Below are positions 1 to 10,874 of a DNA stretch of 64,000 bases, in pieces. Under the pieces are notes generated by a model. It did no database searches. It had not been told where the DNA came from and saw only the letters and a program-made list of their open reading frames with translations. The position numbers and the translations under genes were made by a program. The stretch is from contig JBALDB010000029.1 in assembly GCA_036918135.1 (NCBI GenBank), positions 32,001 to 96,000 on the forward strand, read 5' to 3'. The first letter of the stretch is position 1; the number at the start of each line of letters is the position of its first letter. The DNA comes from Nostoc sp. GTDB taxonomy: Bacteria > Cyanobacteriota > Cyanobacteriia > Cyanobacteriales > Nostocaceae.

Positions 1-2
1 TG

Positions 3-89
3 CTCCATAAAGCTCGTACTCATCTCCAAGCCAAGGGAATCACACGACTGTTAATTGATGGTCAAGTCTACTCTTTATCTACCGTTTAA
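3..89 (+). CDS. 3' end of a CDS running in from the left edge (LHKARTHLQAKGITRLLIDGQVYSLSTV*), product unknown
   Basis: Open frame from position 3 to TAA at 87-89; protein-like composition; followed by a repeat element and a convergent gene. Confidence 0.6.
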   Translation, partial: LHKARTHLQAKGITRLLIDGQVYSLSTV

Positions 90-230
90 TAGGCATGGGG
101 CAAACAGGGAGTGTGGGAGGTGTGGGAGGTGTGGGGAGTGTGGGAGGTGTGGGAAGAAATCTTGCCCCCTCTCTCCCCACACTCCCCCATCCCCCCTCTC
201 TCCCCACACTTCCCTATCTCCCCATCTCCT
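90..230. repeat. G-rich/C-rich bipartite dispersed repeat, copy 1
   Basis: (GTGTGGGAG)n arm, AAATCTTGCCCCC core, (CTCCCCACA)n arm; related copies at 20631-20775 (reverse) and 26153-26292. Confidence 0.85.
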
Positions 231-238
231 TAATCTTT

Positions 239-1186
239 TCAACTATAAACAGCCCTAGCAAAACGCTCTGCCAAGTAAACAATGTCCTGTTTGCGGGCAA
301 TTTGATTTATCCATTGTCTGGGAATATTTTCCACGCCATAGTAAATTCCTGCTAACCCACCGGTGACGGCGGCGGTAGTATCTGTATCTCCGCCTAAGTT
401 AATGGCTTTTAGTACCGCTTCAGAGTAAGAGGAGCTATTTAACAAACACCACAGGGATGACTCTAAGGTATCAATCACGTAACCACCAGAATTAATCTCT
501 TCTACTGGTAATTTGGCAATCTCGCCACTGAAAACTCTACCAAAATGGGGCTTTTCTAATAAAAATTCCCGCACAGAATAAATTGTTTGGGTTTGGATAT
601 CTCGTAATCCTTGGAGATAGGCGGTTTGGGGGTCAGCACCTTCGAGCAAGGACACTGCAATACTAATATAAATGCTACAGGCCATTTGCGATCGCGCATG
701 AGCATGAGTAATCGCCGAAACATCATGCACCCGCGCTAGCAATTCGCCTAAAGTTAAACTTCTGTGACAATAAGCCATCGGCAAGATTCGCATCAACGAA
801 CCATTGCCATTACTATTTTCAACTTTGCCGCCCGCCTGATGGGGTACAACTCCCTGTTTCAGGCGCATCAATGCTGTATGAGTGGTTTGACCAATATCAA
901 AGACATCACCACGGGGAGTCCAATAAGCTTCCTTGTACCAGCGCCAGAAGGAATTAGCTATGGCCTCCAGCGAATACCCTCTACAAAGACTTTCTGCTAA
1001 GCAAAAGCTCAACGAACTGTCATCTGACCAAGTTCCTGGCGGTTGATTCCATGTGCCATAACCTAACATTGCTGTCACCGGAGATTTTACTCGTTCTGCG
1101 CGGCTAGTAAACTCCACTGGCACACCCAATGCATCACCGACACATAAACCCATCAAACCAGACAACGTTTTTGTAGCGGTTAGCAT
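239..1186 (-). CDS. ADP-ribosylglycohydrolase family protein (DraG-like)
   Basis: GDALG, WSDDS, GNGSLMR and GGDTDT motifs. Confidence 0.9.
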   Translation of the reverse strand: MLTATKTLSGLMGLCVGDALGVPVEFTSRAERVKSPVTAMLGYGTWNQPPGTWSDDSSLSFCLAESLCRGYSLEAIANSFWRWYKEAYWTPRGDVFDIGQTTHTALMRLKQGVVPHQAGGKVENSNGNGSLMRILPMAYCHRSLTLGELLARVHDVSAITHAHARSQMACSIYISIAVSLLEGADPQTAYLQGLRDIQTQTIYSVREFLLEKPHFGRVFSGEIAKLPVEEINSGGYVIDTLESSLWCLLNSSSYSEAVLKAINLGGDTDTTAAVTGGLAGIYYGVENIPRQWINQIARKQDIVYLAERFARAVYS

Positions 1187-1576
1187 TATTCAATCTCCAA
1201 GAATTGCTAAAAATTAACTTTATAGATTTACTCTATAGCTTGTTGCCACAAATGCTACAAGCTACTTTTTATCCTATGTAAAATGCTCAGTTAGAGTTAG
1301 TTTACTGTGTATTGTTCGACTAAATTTAGACTAATTTTTAGTTCCCCTAGCTATGCCACTTTCAAAAGCGTCTCTTTTTTAGCTAAAAAACTATGAATTT
1401 TAAAAATGTAAGTGTGATTATAACATTTGTTTTAAAAAAGTTTGAGTTCATAGTTCTGAGATCTACTGCATCAATCACAACAGCTACTTAAGAAAATTCC
1501 AGAATTCACTGGAACATTTTTACAGAGTTATCGACTGGAAATATAACAGTAAAAACTACAAAACTTGGTTAAAATT

Positions 1577-2116
1577 ATGCAACGTCTGTTCAAGTCTTTT
1601 CTGACAATTTCTGCATTATCTTCTTTAATAGTTGCTCCTATTTTTCTATCAGCTGGTCAAGCTTCTGCTGAAACCCAAAAGGGTACTGATGCTAGTTATG
1701 TCGGTGCTGGTATTGCAGCTGGGGTTACTAGTGGCGGACAAGGTAGCAATGATAATGCCACATTTGGTGGTAATGTCACAGGTCGCTTGAAATTAGGAAA
1801 TACACCGTTTTCTGCACGCGGTAATGTTCTTTGGAGTGATAAAACTAGTGCGATTATTCCAGAAGTTTCTCTCGATGTACCCATTGCTAATAAAACTAAT
1901 GCTTATTTAACTGGTGGTTATTCTTTTGTAGAAAAAGATGGTTCACCAACTCCTATAGGCAACAGAGATGCAGTAGTGGTAGGTGCTGGTGTTGAATCTG
2001 AAGTTGCTAACAATTTCCTCCTTTATACTAATACCAAAGTAGGAATTAGTGCTTATCAAAATAGTGATACTCCTGCTGTTAGCATCAATGCTGGTATTGG
2101 CTATAGCTTCAAATAA
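1577..2116 (+). CDS. secreted/outer-membrane beta-barrel-like protein
   Basis: N-terminal signal peptide ending AQASA-like; amphipathic beta strands; C-terminal GIGYSF; ATG at 1577 chosen. Confidence 0.65.
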   Translation: MQRLFKSFLTISALSSLIVAPIFLSAGQASAETQKGTDASYVGAGIAAGVTSGGQGSNDNATFGGNVTGRLKLGNTPFSARGNVLWSDKTSAIIPEVSLDVPIANKTNAYLTGGYSFVEKDGSPTPIGNRDAVVVGAGVESEVANNFLLYTNTKVGISAYQNSDTPAVSINAGIGYSFK

Positions 2117-2235
2117 AAGATGAGTAAAACAATTCTGAGTTACCAAAGTTGAAATTTGAGTAAATCTTAGCTATGAATTATGGCTAAGCTCAGAATCAAA
2201 AAACTTTCTTAGAGTCAAATATTGATAGTGCAAGG

Positions 2236-2263
2236 TAGGGTGGCACAGCAGTGCTACCCTACT
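2236..2263. repeat. GTAG-type REP-like palindrome
   Basis: GTAGGGTGGCAC-AGCA-GTGCTACCCTAC hairpin. Confidence 0.6.
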
Positions 2264-2482
2264 ATTTGTGCGTACTTCAGGCAATTGAAAATCACTATAG
2301 TTAATAGATAAAAAATCCCTTATTTCTTTGAATTAATTAATTTTAATCATTGACTCGAACTCAGGAGTCTTGACTCGCTCTATACTTGACTCAGCACTAA
2401 GAACTCTCAAGAACTGGTTTTGAAGTGTTACATCACTGAGAAAGCCTGGTTTTGCCGTGTTAAAATTAAAAAATTCCTCATT

Positions 2483-2505
2483 ATTCCGACCGGATTACCG
2501 GGAAT
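2483..2505 (+). promoter_or_regulatory. candidate operator upstream of sir
   Basis: ATTCCGACCGGATTACCGGGAAT with ATTCC/GGAAT ends; resembles motif copies upstream of ssuD and the 49302 ORF. Confidence 0.4.
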
Positions 2506-2583
2506 GTAATAGCCGAAAAGATATTTACATCTTGTTACTTCGGCGTCCACGAATGCTTTATTGAGAACACTATAACAACTCTC

Positions 2584-4500
2584 ATGGTTAAATCTGCTCC
2601 TCCCCCCGTCGCTAGCCGTAAGCCTTCTAAAGTAGAAGTAATCAAAGAAAACAGTAATTTTTTACGTGAGCCTGTAGCAACTGAGATTCTTGAAGATACT
2701 ACTCATTTTACTGAAAATGCTGTGCAACTGTTGAAGTTTCACGGCTCTTATCAACAGGATAACCGCGACAACCGCGCCAAGGGACAGGAGAAAGATTACC
2801 AGTTTATGCTGCGGACAAAAAATCCGGGTGGTTTGGTGCCGCCGCAGCTGTATCTGGCTTTAGATAAATTGGCTGATGAGTATGGTAACCACACATTACG
2901 AGCCACTACCCGTCAAGGTTTCCAGCTGCACGGAATTTTAAAGAAGAATCTTAAAACAGCAATTGCTACTATTGTCAAGAACTTGGGTTCGACTCTCGGA
3001 GCTTGCGGCGACATCAACCGCAATGTGATGGCACCACCAGCGCCGTTTAAAAATCGCCCAGAATACCAGTATGCTTGGGAATATGCCCAGAATATTGCTG
3101 ACTTGCTTTCACCGCAAACAGGTGCTTATTACGAAATTTGGTTAGATGGTGAAAAGGCAATTAGCGGTGAAGAAAATCCAGAGGTGACAGCAGCACGATC
3201 GCGCAATGGTAATGGCACAATCGTTCATGACAACCAAGAACCGATTTACGGTACGCACTATATGCCGCGCAAGTTCAAAGTTTGCGTGACGATACCAGGA
3301 GATAATTCCGTTGATTTATATTCCCAAGACCTAACTTTGGTGGTAATTACCAATAAGAAACGAGAATTAGAAGGATTTAATATCTTCGCTGGCGGTGGCT
3401 TAGGCAGAACACACAATAAAGAAGAAACTTTTGCTAGGTTAGCAGATCCAATTTGCTATGTAGCTAAAGAAGATGTTTACGACATAGTAAAAGCGATTGT
3501 AGCTACCCAAAGAGATTATGGCGATCGCACTGACCGCCGTCACGCCAGATTAAAATATCTCATCAACGATTGGGGTGTAGATAAATTCCGCACCCAAGTT
3601 GAAGAATATTTTGGCAAACCAGTTGCAGCCTTCAAACCACTGCCAGAGTTTAAATATTACGACTTCCTCGGCTGGAACGAACAAGGCGATGGCCAGCTAT
3701 TTTTAGGAATTTCCATTGACAATGGTCGGATTAAAGATGAAGGTTCTCTGCAACTGAAAACCGCTTTGCGGGAAATTGTCGAGCAATTTAACTTGCACAT
3801 CCGCCTAACGGCTAACCATAACCTGATTTTTTACGATATCGAACCAGATAGCAAACAAGCTATTCAAGAAATTCTCAATCGTTACGGTGTCGTTTCTGAC
3901 CCCAGTCAAATCGAACCTTTAGAACGGTATGCAATGGCTTGTCCGGCTTTGCCTACCTGCGGCTTGGCAATTACCGAATCAGAACGGGCAATACCAGGGA
4001 TTTTGGAGCGAATTCGCGCTCTATTGGATAAATTATGTTTACAAAAAGACCATTTTGTAATTAGAATGACAGGTTGTCCTAATGGTTGCGCTCGTCCTTA
4101 CATGGCGGAATTAGGCTTTGTGGGTAGCGCTCCAGAAAGTTACCAATTATGGTTAGGGGGTTCGCCAAATCAGACACGATTGGCGCAACCTTACATCGAT
4201 AAGCTGCACCATAACGACTTGGAAACTGTTTTAGAGCCAATTTTCGTTTACTTTAAGAAATCAAGGAAATCGAAAGAAAGCTTTGGTGATTTTTGCGATC
4301 GCGTTGGTTTTGATGCCATCCGCGAATTTAGCGCCACCTACGAACCTGGTACAGCTAATGGTGTGAACAAATCACGCCATCGAGTAAATTTGAAAGCTGA
4401 TATCTACGGCAAGTTGAAGGAAGTATCCGAAAACCAAGGTAAGTCAATGACTCAGTTGGTGACCGAAGCCTTAGAGGTTTACTTCCAGAATCTTTCCTAA
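2584..4500 (+). CDS. sir: ferredoxin-dependent sulfite reductase with C-terminal RHH-like extension
   Basis: [22 protein letters not shown] and TGCPNGC siroheme/[4Fe-4S] motifs. Confidence 0.95.
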   Translation: MVKSAPPPVASRKPSKVEVIKENSNFLREPVATEILEDTTHFTENAVQLLKFHGSYQQDNRDNRAKGQEKDYQFMLRTKNPGGLVPPQLYLALDKLADEYGNHTLRATTRQGFQLHGILKKNLKTAIATIVKNLGSTLGACGDINRNVMAPPAPFKNRPEYQYAWEYAQNIADLLSPQTGAYYEIWLDGEKAISGEENPEVTAARSRNGNGTIVHDNQEPIYGTHYMPRKFKVCVTIPGDNSVDLYSQDLTLVVITNKKRELEGFNIFAGGGLGRTHNKEETFARLADPICYVAKEDVYDIVKAIVATQRDYGDRTDRRHARLKYLINDWGVDKFRTQVEEYFGKPVAAFKPLPEFKYYDFLGWNEQGDGQLFLGISIDNGRIKDEGSLQLKTALREIVEQFNLHIRLTANHNLIFYDIEPDSKQAIQEILNRYGVVSDPSQIEPLERYAMACPALPTCGLAITESERAIPGILERIRALLDKLCLQKDHFVIRMTGCPNGCARPYMAELGFVGSAPESYQLWLGGSPNQTRLAQPYIDKLHHNDLETVLEPIFVYFKKSRKSKESFGDFCDRVGFDAIREFSATYEPGTANGVNKSRHRVNLKADIYGKLKEVSENQGKSMTQLVTEALEVYFQNLS

Positions 4501-4585
4501 GCTGGAAAATTGAAGATAATGAAATCAAATAGAGACACAGATAAATTCATTTGTGTCTCTATTGTGTAGTCTTAATACTCTAAGT

Positions 4586-5227
4586 ATGGTAATCACAGCA
4601 AAATTTGCAGAAACTAGGGATGTGCTGCAAAACATTAGCTGGCAAACATTCAAAGCTATGCTGGCAGATATGGGATGCGAGCGGAATAAAAGGCTAGCTT
4701 ATGACAACGGAATAGTAGAAATTATGACGCCGTTGATGCCACACGAGAACTCAAACCGTCTAATTGAGGGTTTTGTTCTTGTGTTGTGTGAAGAGTTTGG
4801 TTTAGAAGTTAAAAGTGCTGGCTCGTTGACTATGACGCGCGATGATTTGGAGCAAGCAGCCGAACCTGACAGCAGTTACTATATTCAAAACGAATTTTTA
4901 GTCCGCAACAAAGAAAATATCGACCTGAATATAGACCCACCACCAGACTTGGTATTAGAAGTAGAATATTCCAAATCCAAAATAAACAAATTAATTCTTT
5001 ATGCTGCAATCGGAGTCCCAGAATTCTGGCGGTATAACGGAACTGTGTTAAGAATTTACACCCTCAACAATGGGCAATATTCCCAGAGCCAAAGTAGTCC
5101 AACTTTTGCACCTGTGCTGGTGACAGAGATTCCGCGATTTATCCAAGAAAGCAAGAATATAGGACAAATAGCAGCCACTCGTGCTTTCCGTACCTGGGTA
5201 AGACAGCAGATGTCTACAGCAGAGTAG
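4586..5227 (+). CDS. Uma2 family endonuclease-like protein
   Basis: EPDSSYY, PPPDLVLEV and GVPEFWRY motifs; ATG at 4586 chosen. Confidence 0.9.
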   Translation: MVITAKFAETRDVLQNISWQTFKAMLADMGCERNKRLAYDNGIVEIMTPLMPHENSNRLIEGFVLVLCEEFGLEVKSAGSLTMTRDDLEQAAEPDSSYYIQNEFLVRNKENIDLNIDPPPDLVLEVEYSKSKINKLILYAAIGVPEFWRYNGTVLRIYTLNNGQYSQSQSSPTFAPVLVTEIPRFIQESKNIGQIAATRAFRTWVRQQMSTAE

Positions 5228-5240
5228 TTTATTCAGAAAA

Positions 5241-6032
5241 ATGTCTCAACTCCAAAGAATTGCGATCGCACCCTCTCAACTCCAGCAACAGCAAATTTTG
5301 CTCAGCAAAGAACAGCAACATTACTTATTGCGAGTGTTGCGCTTGCGTGAAGGCGATCGCTTTATTGCAATGGACGGTAAAGGGAAATCGTGGTTAGCGC
5401 AGCTTACAGGAGAACAAGCGCAAGTTTTAGAATCCATCTCAGTAGAAACAGAATTACCTGTAACAATTACGCTAATAGTGGCATTACCTAAAGGCAATGG
5501 ATTTGATGAAGTCGTGCGCTGTTGTACGGAATTGGGAGTAACTTGTATTGCACCAGTAATGAGCGATCGCACTTTGCTTCATCCTAGTCCCCAAAAACTC
5601 GAACGCTGGCGGCGCATCGCAGCAGAAGCCGCCGAACAATCAGAACGCTTATTCGTACCCACAATTTTAGAACCTGTTACTTTTAGCATTGGTTTGTCAT
5701 TAGTCATTAGTCATTTGTCATTGGCTCAACAATATATTTGTGTCGCGCGTGGTGAGTTTCCCCATCTAAAAGATTGCTTACACCACAAAGGACAAATGAC
5801 AAATGATAAAGCGCAAAGTCTGAGCGCCGGCTTCCGGCGATCGGAACTTTGTAAGACAGGACAAGAAACAATTGTCATCGCTACTGGCCCAGAAGGTGGA
5901 TGGACAAAACAAGAAATTGAAAATGCGATCGCAGTTGGATTTCAACCTGTTTCCCTTGGTCGTCGCATCCTCAGAGCAGTGACAGCGCCAGTGGTAGCAT
6001 TATCCTTGATTACCGCAGCTTGTGAAGTATAA
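5241..6032 (+). CDS. rsmE: 16S rRNA m3U1498 methyltransferase
   Basis: HYLLRVLRL, AAEQSER, GPEGGW and LGRRILRA motifs; carries in-frame STRR and hairpin insertions. Confidence 0.93.
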   Translation: MSQLQRIAIAPSQLQQQQILLSKEQQHYLLRVLRLREGDRFIAMDGKGKSWLAQLTGEQAQVLESISVETELPVTITLIVALPKGNGFDEVVRCCTELGVTCIAPVMSDRTLLHPSPQKLERWRRIAAEAAEQSERLFVPTILEPVTFSIGLSLVISHLSLAQQYICVARGEFPHLKDCLHHKGQMTNDKAQSLSAGFRRSELCKTGQETIVIATGPEGGWTKQEIENAIAVGFQPVSLGRRILRAVTAPVVALSLITAACEV

Positions 6033-6086
6033 ATGAGTTATGGCTCACGCAGAGGCGTGAGATATTTCTCTAGCGTGGATTGAAAT

Positions 6087-7151
6087 ATGATTGAGCAAGT
6101 TGCGATCGCCTTTGACAATAAAGACTATCAAACAGCTGCTAAATTACTCAAACAGTTGCAAAAAGAATCGCCAGAACATCCTTGGGTGCAATTTTATCTC
6201 GCTCGGCTGCATGAAGTATCTGAAAACTACCAAGACGCAGAAAAAATTTATCGGCAACTGCTGCGAGATACGAGGAATAGTAGAATAGTGACGCTAGCAC
6301 GACAAGGTTTAGGACGGCTGCAAGAAATTGAGCAAGAACAAAGACAACGAGCTATTGCTAAAGCAACATCACAACCTAATAACACTGAACTTGGCGTACT
6401 AATCTTAGAACCTCTGAGTAACGAACTCAAAACAGAAGTATCTCGAAAATTTGCCCAAATAATGCAAATAGATCCTTACAGCGCACGGCTAACGCTACCG
6501 AGTCGTGGCTGGAGACTATACCGCACCGGACAAGTAGGAGAATTAAAATTTTATGGTAAACAGCTACAACAAGCTGGTATTCCCTGTTTCTGGACAACAA
6601 TAACCGCCATTCAACAAATTCAAGTTTTTCAAGTCAAGTATTTTTCAGAATCTCAACTAAAAGCTACCGTTGTTTGTCGCAACCAAGCAAACCAACTCGG
6701 TTCTTTAACCTTTAATTGGTCAGAAGTCACAGCACGAGTAGTGGGACTTTTGCCGATTTTTGAACAAGTTGTAGATATTGACGCCCATCGCAAACTAGAA
6801 CGGAAAACTCAAACACAAGACTATGCTCAGTTTTGTGATTTACACCTACCTGGTAGACGTTGTATTCTGCGACTTTCTGATAATGGCTATGAATTTCTGC
6901 AAGGTTTAGAAATCATTCCTCAAGCTAGCCAAAATACAATCAGAATTAATTGGAACAGTTTATCAAATTGGATTAACCAGCAACTACCTCAAGTCAAAAA
7001 TTGGTCAGACTTCACACCCTTTGCAGATACAGCGTTAGAGCAAACAGAAATGCTGGGTCAAATTCAATCTCATATTTACCTATTTCGTAGGGAGCAAACT
7101 AATTGGGATTCAGCTTTTCATTTATATAGTGGATTAGTATTTGTTAAATAA
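6087..7151 (+). CDS. tetratricopeptide repeat protein
   Basis: N-terminal TPR-like helices; 354-aa ORF downstream of rsmE. Confidence 0.75.
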   Translation: MIEQVAIAFDNKDYQTAAKLLKQLQKESPEHPWVQFYLARLHEVSENYQDAEKIYRQLLRDTRNSRIVTLARQGLGRLQEIEQEQRQRAIAKATSQPNNTELGVLILEPLSNELKTEVSRKFAQIMQIDPYSARLTLPSRGWRLYRTGQVGELKFYGKQLQQAGIPCFWTTITAIQQIQVFQVKYFSESQLKATVVCRNQANQLGSLTFNWSEVTARVVGLLPIFEQVVDIDAHRKLERKTQTQDYAQFCDLHLPGRRCILRLSDNGYEFLQGLEIIPQASQNTIRINWNSLSNWINQQLPQVKNWSDFTPFADTALEQTEMLGQIQSHIYLFRREQTNWDSAFHLYSGLVFVK

Positions 7152-7495
7152 TTTGTAGATAAATATAAAATGATATCAAGTTCGGCTAATTGCTTACAAT
7201 ATGTTGGCCTTTTTGGTAATTAGGAAAAAGGTAATTGTGGATTGGGAAAAAGCTAATTAGGAAAAAGGAAATAAATAACTGACTATTACCTATTATCGAT
7301 TACCCTCAAAAAAGGTCGCGAAACAGGGATAATGTTGGATGAACAAGCTTCAACCCAAAAAGATGCAGCCGTAGTGGAGAAAATTAAGCGATTGCTCCTA
7401 ACTTGGAGACTTCCCCAATCTACAGCTGCTAAACTAGTCTCGATCTTGCGTATTCAGACTTAATTTGTAGAGACCATATTACGGTCTCTTGAGAT

Positions 7496-8086
7496 TTAAT
7501 TACGAGTTTTAACTTGGCGTGCCATATCTAAATAAGCACTCATATTCGCTCCTGGACGCCGACGCCCATTAGAGATATTACTCGAAGGAGCAAGATACTT
7601 GGGTGCAAAGGTGGTTTCAGTTGGCTGCTCTTTTAAGACTTTGGCTGCCGCAGCTTTTTCATTATTGCCAGGTTGAACTTTTAGACCATCAGCAGTTTGG
7701 ACTAGCTCAACATCAGCTGGTTTTGGATTTTCAGATGATTTTGCTTGTTTAGTTGATTTAGCTGATTTAGTTGATTTAGTCGATTTTGCTTTACCCTTAT
7801 TTGTGTCGGCTTTTGCTCCGTTCAATGAAGCTGGCTTAGATGCATCTGGTGTATCTGATGTAATTGTTTCTGTTACTTTTTTCGCACTGGATGCAACTGT
7901 CTCTACTACTTTCATTGCATTCGATGCTACCTCTTTAGCTGCCTCTTTAGCAGTATCCTTGGCTTCGTCCAATTCTAAGAAGTAGCCGTTGCTTTTTTTC
8001 TTCCCTGGTAACAAGCCAGTCACGAAACCTAAAATACCGCCAATAAAACCCTGAATACCCGAAATCAACTTTTTGATAAAATCCAT
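7496..8086 (-). CDS. hypothetical protein (Lys/Ala-rich, C-terminal RRRPGANM motif)
   Basis: 196-aa ORF with AGGAG RBS; internal 9-bp repeats encoding KSTKSTKSAKST. Confidence 0.75.
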   Translation of the reverse strand: MDFIKKLISGIQGFIGGILGFVTGLLPGKKKSNGYFLELDEAKDTAKEAAKEVASNAMKVVETVASSAKKVTETITSDTPDASKPASLNGAKADTNKGKAKSTKSTKSAKSTKQAKSSENPKPADVELVQTADGLKVQPGNNEKAAAAKVLKEQPTETTFAPKYLAPSSNISNGRRRPGANMSAYLDMARQVKTRN

Positions 8087-8583
8087 TACAATTACTCCTG
8101 CCTTTTATATTTGAAATTTGACCGTAATTGTTAATAATTACGACAAAATGTTACATTTTTTTGCTTTGCGTCACCCTATCTTGGTGACAACCCTTATAGG
8201 TTTGTGTTTAATGAACATTGTAGTAAAACTACAGGATAAATGCTTTGTTGCAAGTACCTGCCAAGCTATATACCGAGAACTAATTATTAAATTTTACTGT
8301 AACTTAGAGCAAGATTCTGAAAGCTAGCTTCATAAAAATTAATATTTCTTTGTTTAAGAATTTAGGCAAGCTCTTTGTCTCTCAACCAGTAAAAGGAGTG
8401 TCATAGCCTGTTAGCAAATGGCTATAATATTAAGTTATATTTGTTACAAGCTTGCTCCTAAAGTATCTGAAGTTTTGCCAAGATATCTCGATAAAAAATC
8501 TGAAAAGCAAGAACTTCAGTTTGTAGAGCAGTATGTACTTACAAAAGTTAAATACACCACCTAAATTTAGCTAGATTTTGTAA

Positions 8584-9219
8584 ATGAACATTGAAAATCA
8601 GCAACGCAATCCCGTTTTATTAATACACGGAATTGACGATACAGAGGCAGTTTTTCGTAAAATGAAACCGTATCTTATACAACAAGGTTTTACCGTACAT
8701 GCCCTGAATTTAGTACCAAATAATGGCGATTTGGGTCTTGATGAATTGGCAAAGCAGGTAGCCGATTATGTCACAACTAACTTTGGCTTGGAACAACCAC
8801 TGGATTTGGTCAGCTTCAGCATGGGAGGAATTGTCAGCCGTTACTATGTCCAGCGGCTAAAAGGAATTAACCGCGTGCAGAGGTTTATTACAATTGCTTC
8901 GCCCCATCATGGAACTGTAGTTGCTTACGGTTCTGGGCGTCCTGGTTGCGTACAAATGCGCCCCGACAGCCTTTTTCTCAAGGATCTAAATTCTGATGCT
9001 GTAATGTTGAAGCAATTAAATTTTACATCTATCTGGACACCTTATGATTTAATGATTGTCCCTGCAAATAGTTCGCAAATGCCTGTAGGACAGCAAGTAA
9101 TAGTACCAGTTGCTCTACACCCTTGGATGTTAACAGACTCTGGAAGTTTAGCAGCAGTAACAGCAGCTTTAGCACAGCGTATTAAACTACCCCTACTGAA
9201 GAAAAAATCCAGTCAGTAA
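8584..9219 (+). CDS. alpha/beta hydrolase (lipase class 2-like)
   Basis: LLIHGI, SFSMGG nucleophile elbow, SPHHGT. Confidence 0.85.
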   Translation: MNIENQQRNPVLLIHGIDDTEAVFRKMKPYLIQQGFTVHALNLVPNNGDLGLDELAKQVADYVTTNFGLEQPLDLVSFSMGGIVSRYYVQRLKGINRVQRFITIASPHHGTVVAYGSGRPGCVQMRPDSLFLKDLNSDAVMLKQLNFTSIWTPYDLMIVPANSSQMPVGQQVIVPVALHPWMLTDSGSLAAVTAALAQRIKLPLLKKKSSQ

Positions 9220-9309
9220 TTAGCACACTTGCCAAGCTTAATTTATTTATAATTACGAATTATGAATTACGTGGCTTGCTTCTTGCCAAAAGCGAGTATC
9301 AGGAATTAT

Positions 9310-9741
9310 TTAAGTTCTATCCCCAATTTGGGCATGTTCGTAATTTCCAAAAATTGCTTCTGGATAACGATAATACTTAAACTCCATTAAGTTATAAAAG
9401 GGATCTTCTAAAAAGAAAGTACGATGCTCAAGAGGAGAACCTACAAAGCGATTTTTGCTTGCTTCGCGAAAAATTAGCTGTTGCTGTTGTGCCCTTTCTA
9501 GTAAGTCCTCCCAGTCACGTTCTTGGGTAAAAATTAGTCCAAAGTGTCTGGGATATATGGTCTGTTGGGCTGTCAAAAGTTCTTTGGTGACATGAGCTAC
9601 TAGTTGATGACCGTAGAGATTGAGAATTAGGGCGTGGCGGTTTTCACGACCGGGAATACAGCCCAAGCCATCTACATAATATGTTTTGGTCTGGGCAATG
9701 TCAGTAACAGGAAAAGCGAGATGGAATAAAGTTTGACTCAT
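9310..9741 (-). CDS. VOC/glyoxalase family protein
   Basis: FHLAFPV, GHQLVAH, PRHFG and FFLEDPFYNLMEFK motifs. Confidence 0.85.
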   Translation of the reverse strand: MSQTLFHLAFPVTDIAQTKTYYVDGLGCIPGRENRHALILNLYGHQLVAHVTKELLTAQQTIYPRHFGLIFTQERDWEDLLERAQQQQLIFREASKNRFVGSPLEHRTFFLEDPFYNLMEFKYYRYPEAIFGNYEHAQIGDRT

Positions 9742-10076
9742 AGCTTGTATAAAAAACTAATAATTGATGATATTTACAATTTTTGCTGTTAAATGTTGAT
9801 TGCAGTCAACTAGAACACAGTTTTAATTAACATTAACTTATATCCTTTGTTATATACTAACCCGCTTTTATTTTTGAACCTATTTGTTATACAGGGGGTA
9901 GCGAATAGGAAATCAGCCTTTTTAAGGTAAGGGCGAGTTTTTTGTTGCAATCAAATAGGAGTTTTATAATACAAATATATTACTTTGAGTGGAAAGGTGT
10001 CATAAATTAAACAGTAAATGTGATAAATTGGTTATCCTATTGATATTCAGATAAAAAGACTCTTGACTAATTACTG

Positions 10077-10874
10077 ATGTCACCCTCAATTGATTCTGTA
10101 AATCCCTGGTTGCTGGGAATAGGATTAAACACAATTTTATTGGGTTTAGCTGGGATTGCTCCGAAAAAGCTGCTTACAAAAGCTGGATTATTCCACGCTT
10201 GGTTATTGGCCATAATAATTTGGGGAACCTTAGGCTGGCAAGGTTATGCAGTAGTAATGTTCTATTTTCTAGTTGGTTCTGGCGTTACCCGCATTGGAAT
10301 GGCACAGAAGGAGGCAGAAGGAATTGCCGAAAAGCGTTCTGGGGCAAGAGGCCCAGAAAACGTCTGGGGTTCGGCTTTGACTGGGGCGTTGTGTGCTTTA
10401 GGAGTAGGGCTACTCAATTCGGGATTAATTGTACCATTCCCTCAATCCCTAGTCCCCAGCCTCCAGTCCCTTTTATTACTAGGCTATGTGGCGAGTTTTA
10501 GTACCAAGCTTGCTGACACTACTGCCAGCGAAGTTGGTAAAGCATACGGTAAAAGTACGTTTTTAATTACTACCCTCCAACCAGTGCCCCGTGGCACCGA
10601 AGGAGCGGTAAGCTTAGAGGGAACTTTAGCTGGTGTTGTGGCTTCTGTAGCGATCGCCCTTGTTGGTTGGGGAGTTGGTTTAATTGATATATTGGGCGTA
10701 GCTTGGTGTGTGCTGGCAGCATTTATTGCCACCAATTTAGAAAGTGTAATTGGGGCAACACTGCAATCAAAATATACTTGGATGACCAATGAAGTGGTAA
10801 ATATTTTTAATACATTAATCGGTGCGATCGCAGCCGTAATATTTGCCTGGGTATGGGGAATTTGGCATTGGTAA
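10077..10874 (+). CDS. DUF92/TIGR00297 family integral membrane protein
   Basis: RGPENVWGS, DTTASEVG and GTEGAVSLEGT motifs; multiple TM segments. Confidence 0.85.
   Translation: MSPSIDSVNPWLLGIGLNTILLGLAGIAPKKLLTKAGLFHAWLLAIIIWGTLGWQGYAVVMFYFLVGSGVTRIGMAQKEAEGIAEKRSGARGPENVWGSALTGALCALGVGLLNSGLIVPFPQSLVPSLQSLLLLGYVASFSTKLADTTASEVGKAYGKSTFLITTLQPVPRGTEGAVSLEGTLAGVVASVAIALVGWGVGLIDILGVAWCVLAAFIATNLESVIGATLQSKYTWMTNEVVNIFNTLIGAIAAVIFAWVWGIWHW

Noticed and set aside
55..355. ORFs 55-258 and 95-355, and similar ones at 20574-20829 and 25938-26219
   Set aside because: They are translations of the G/C-rich repeat element (low complexity) and overlap real genes.
7332..7463. 43-codon ORF with an imperfect GCAGCCGTAG...CTACAGCTGC stem
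   Set aside because: No recognisable family; cannot distinguish it from a chance ORF or a degenerate hairpin.
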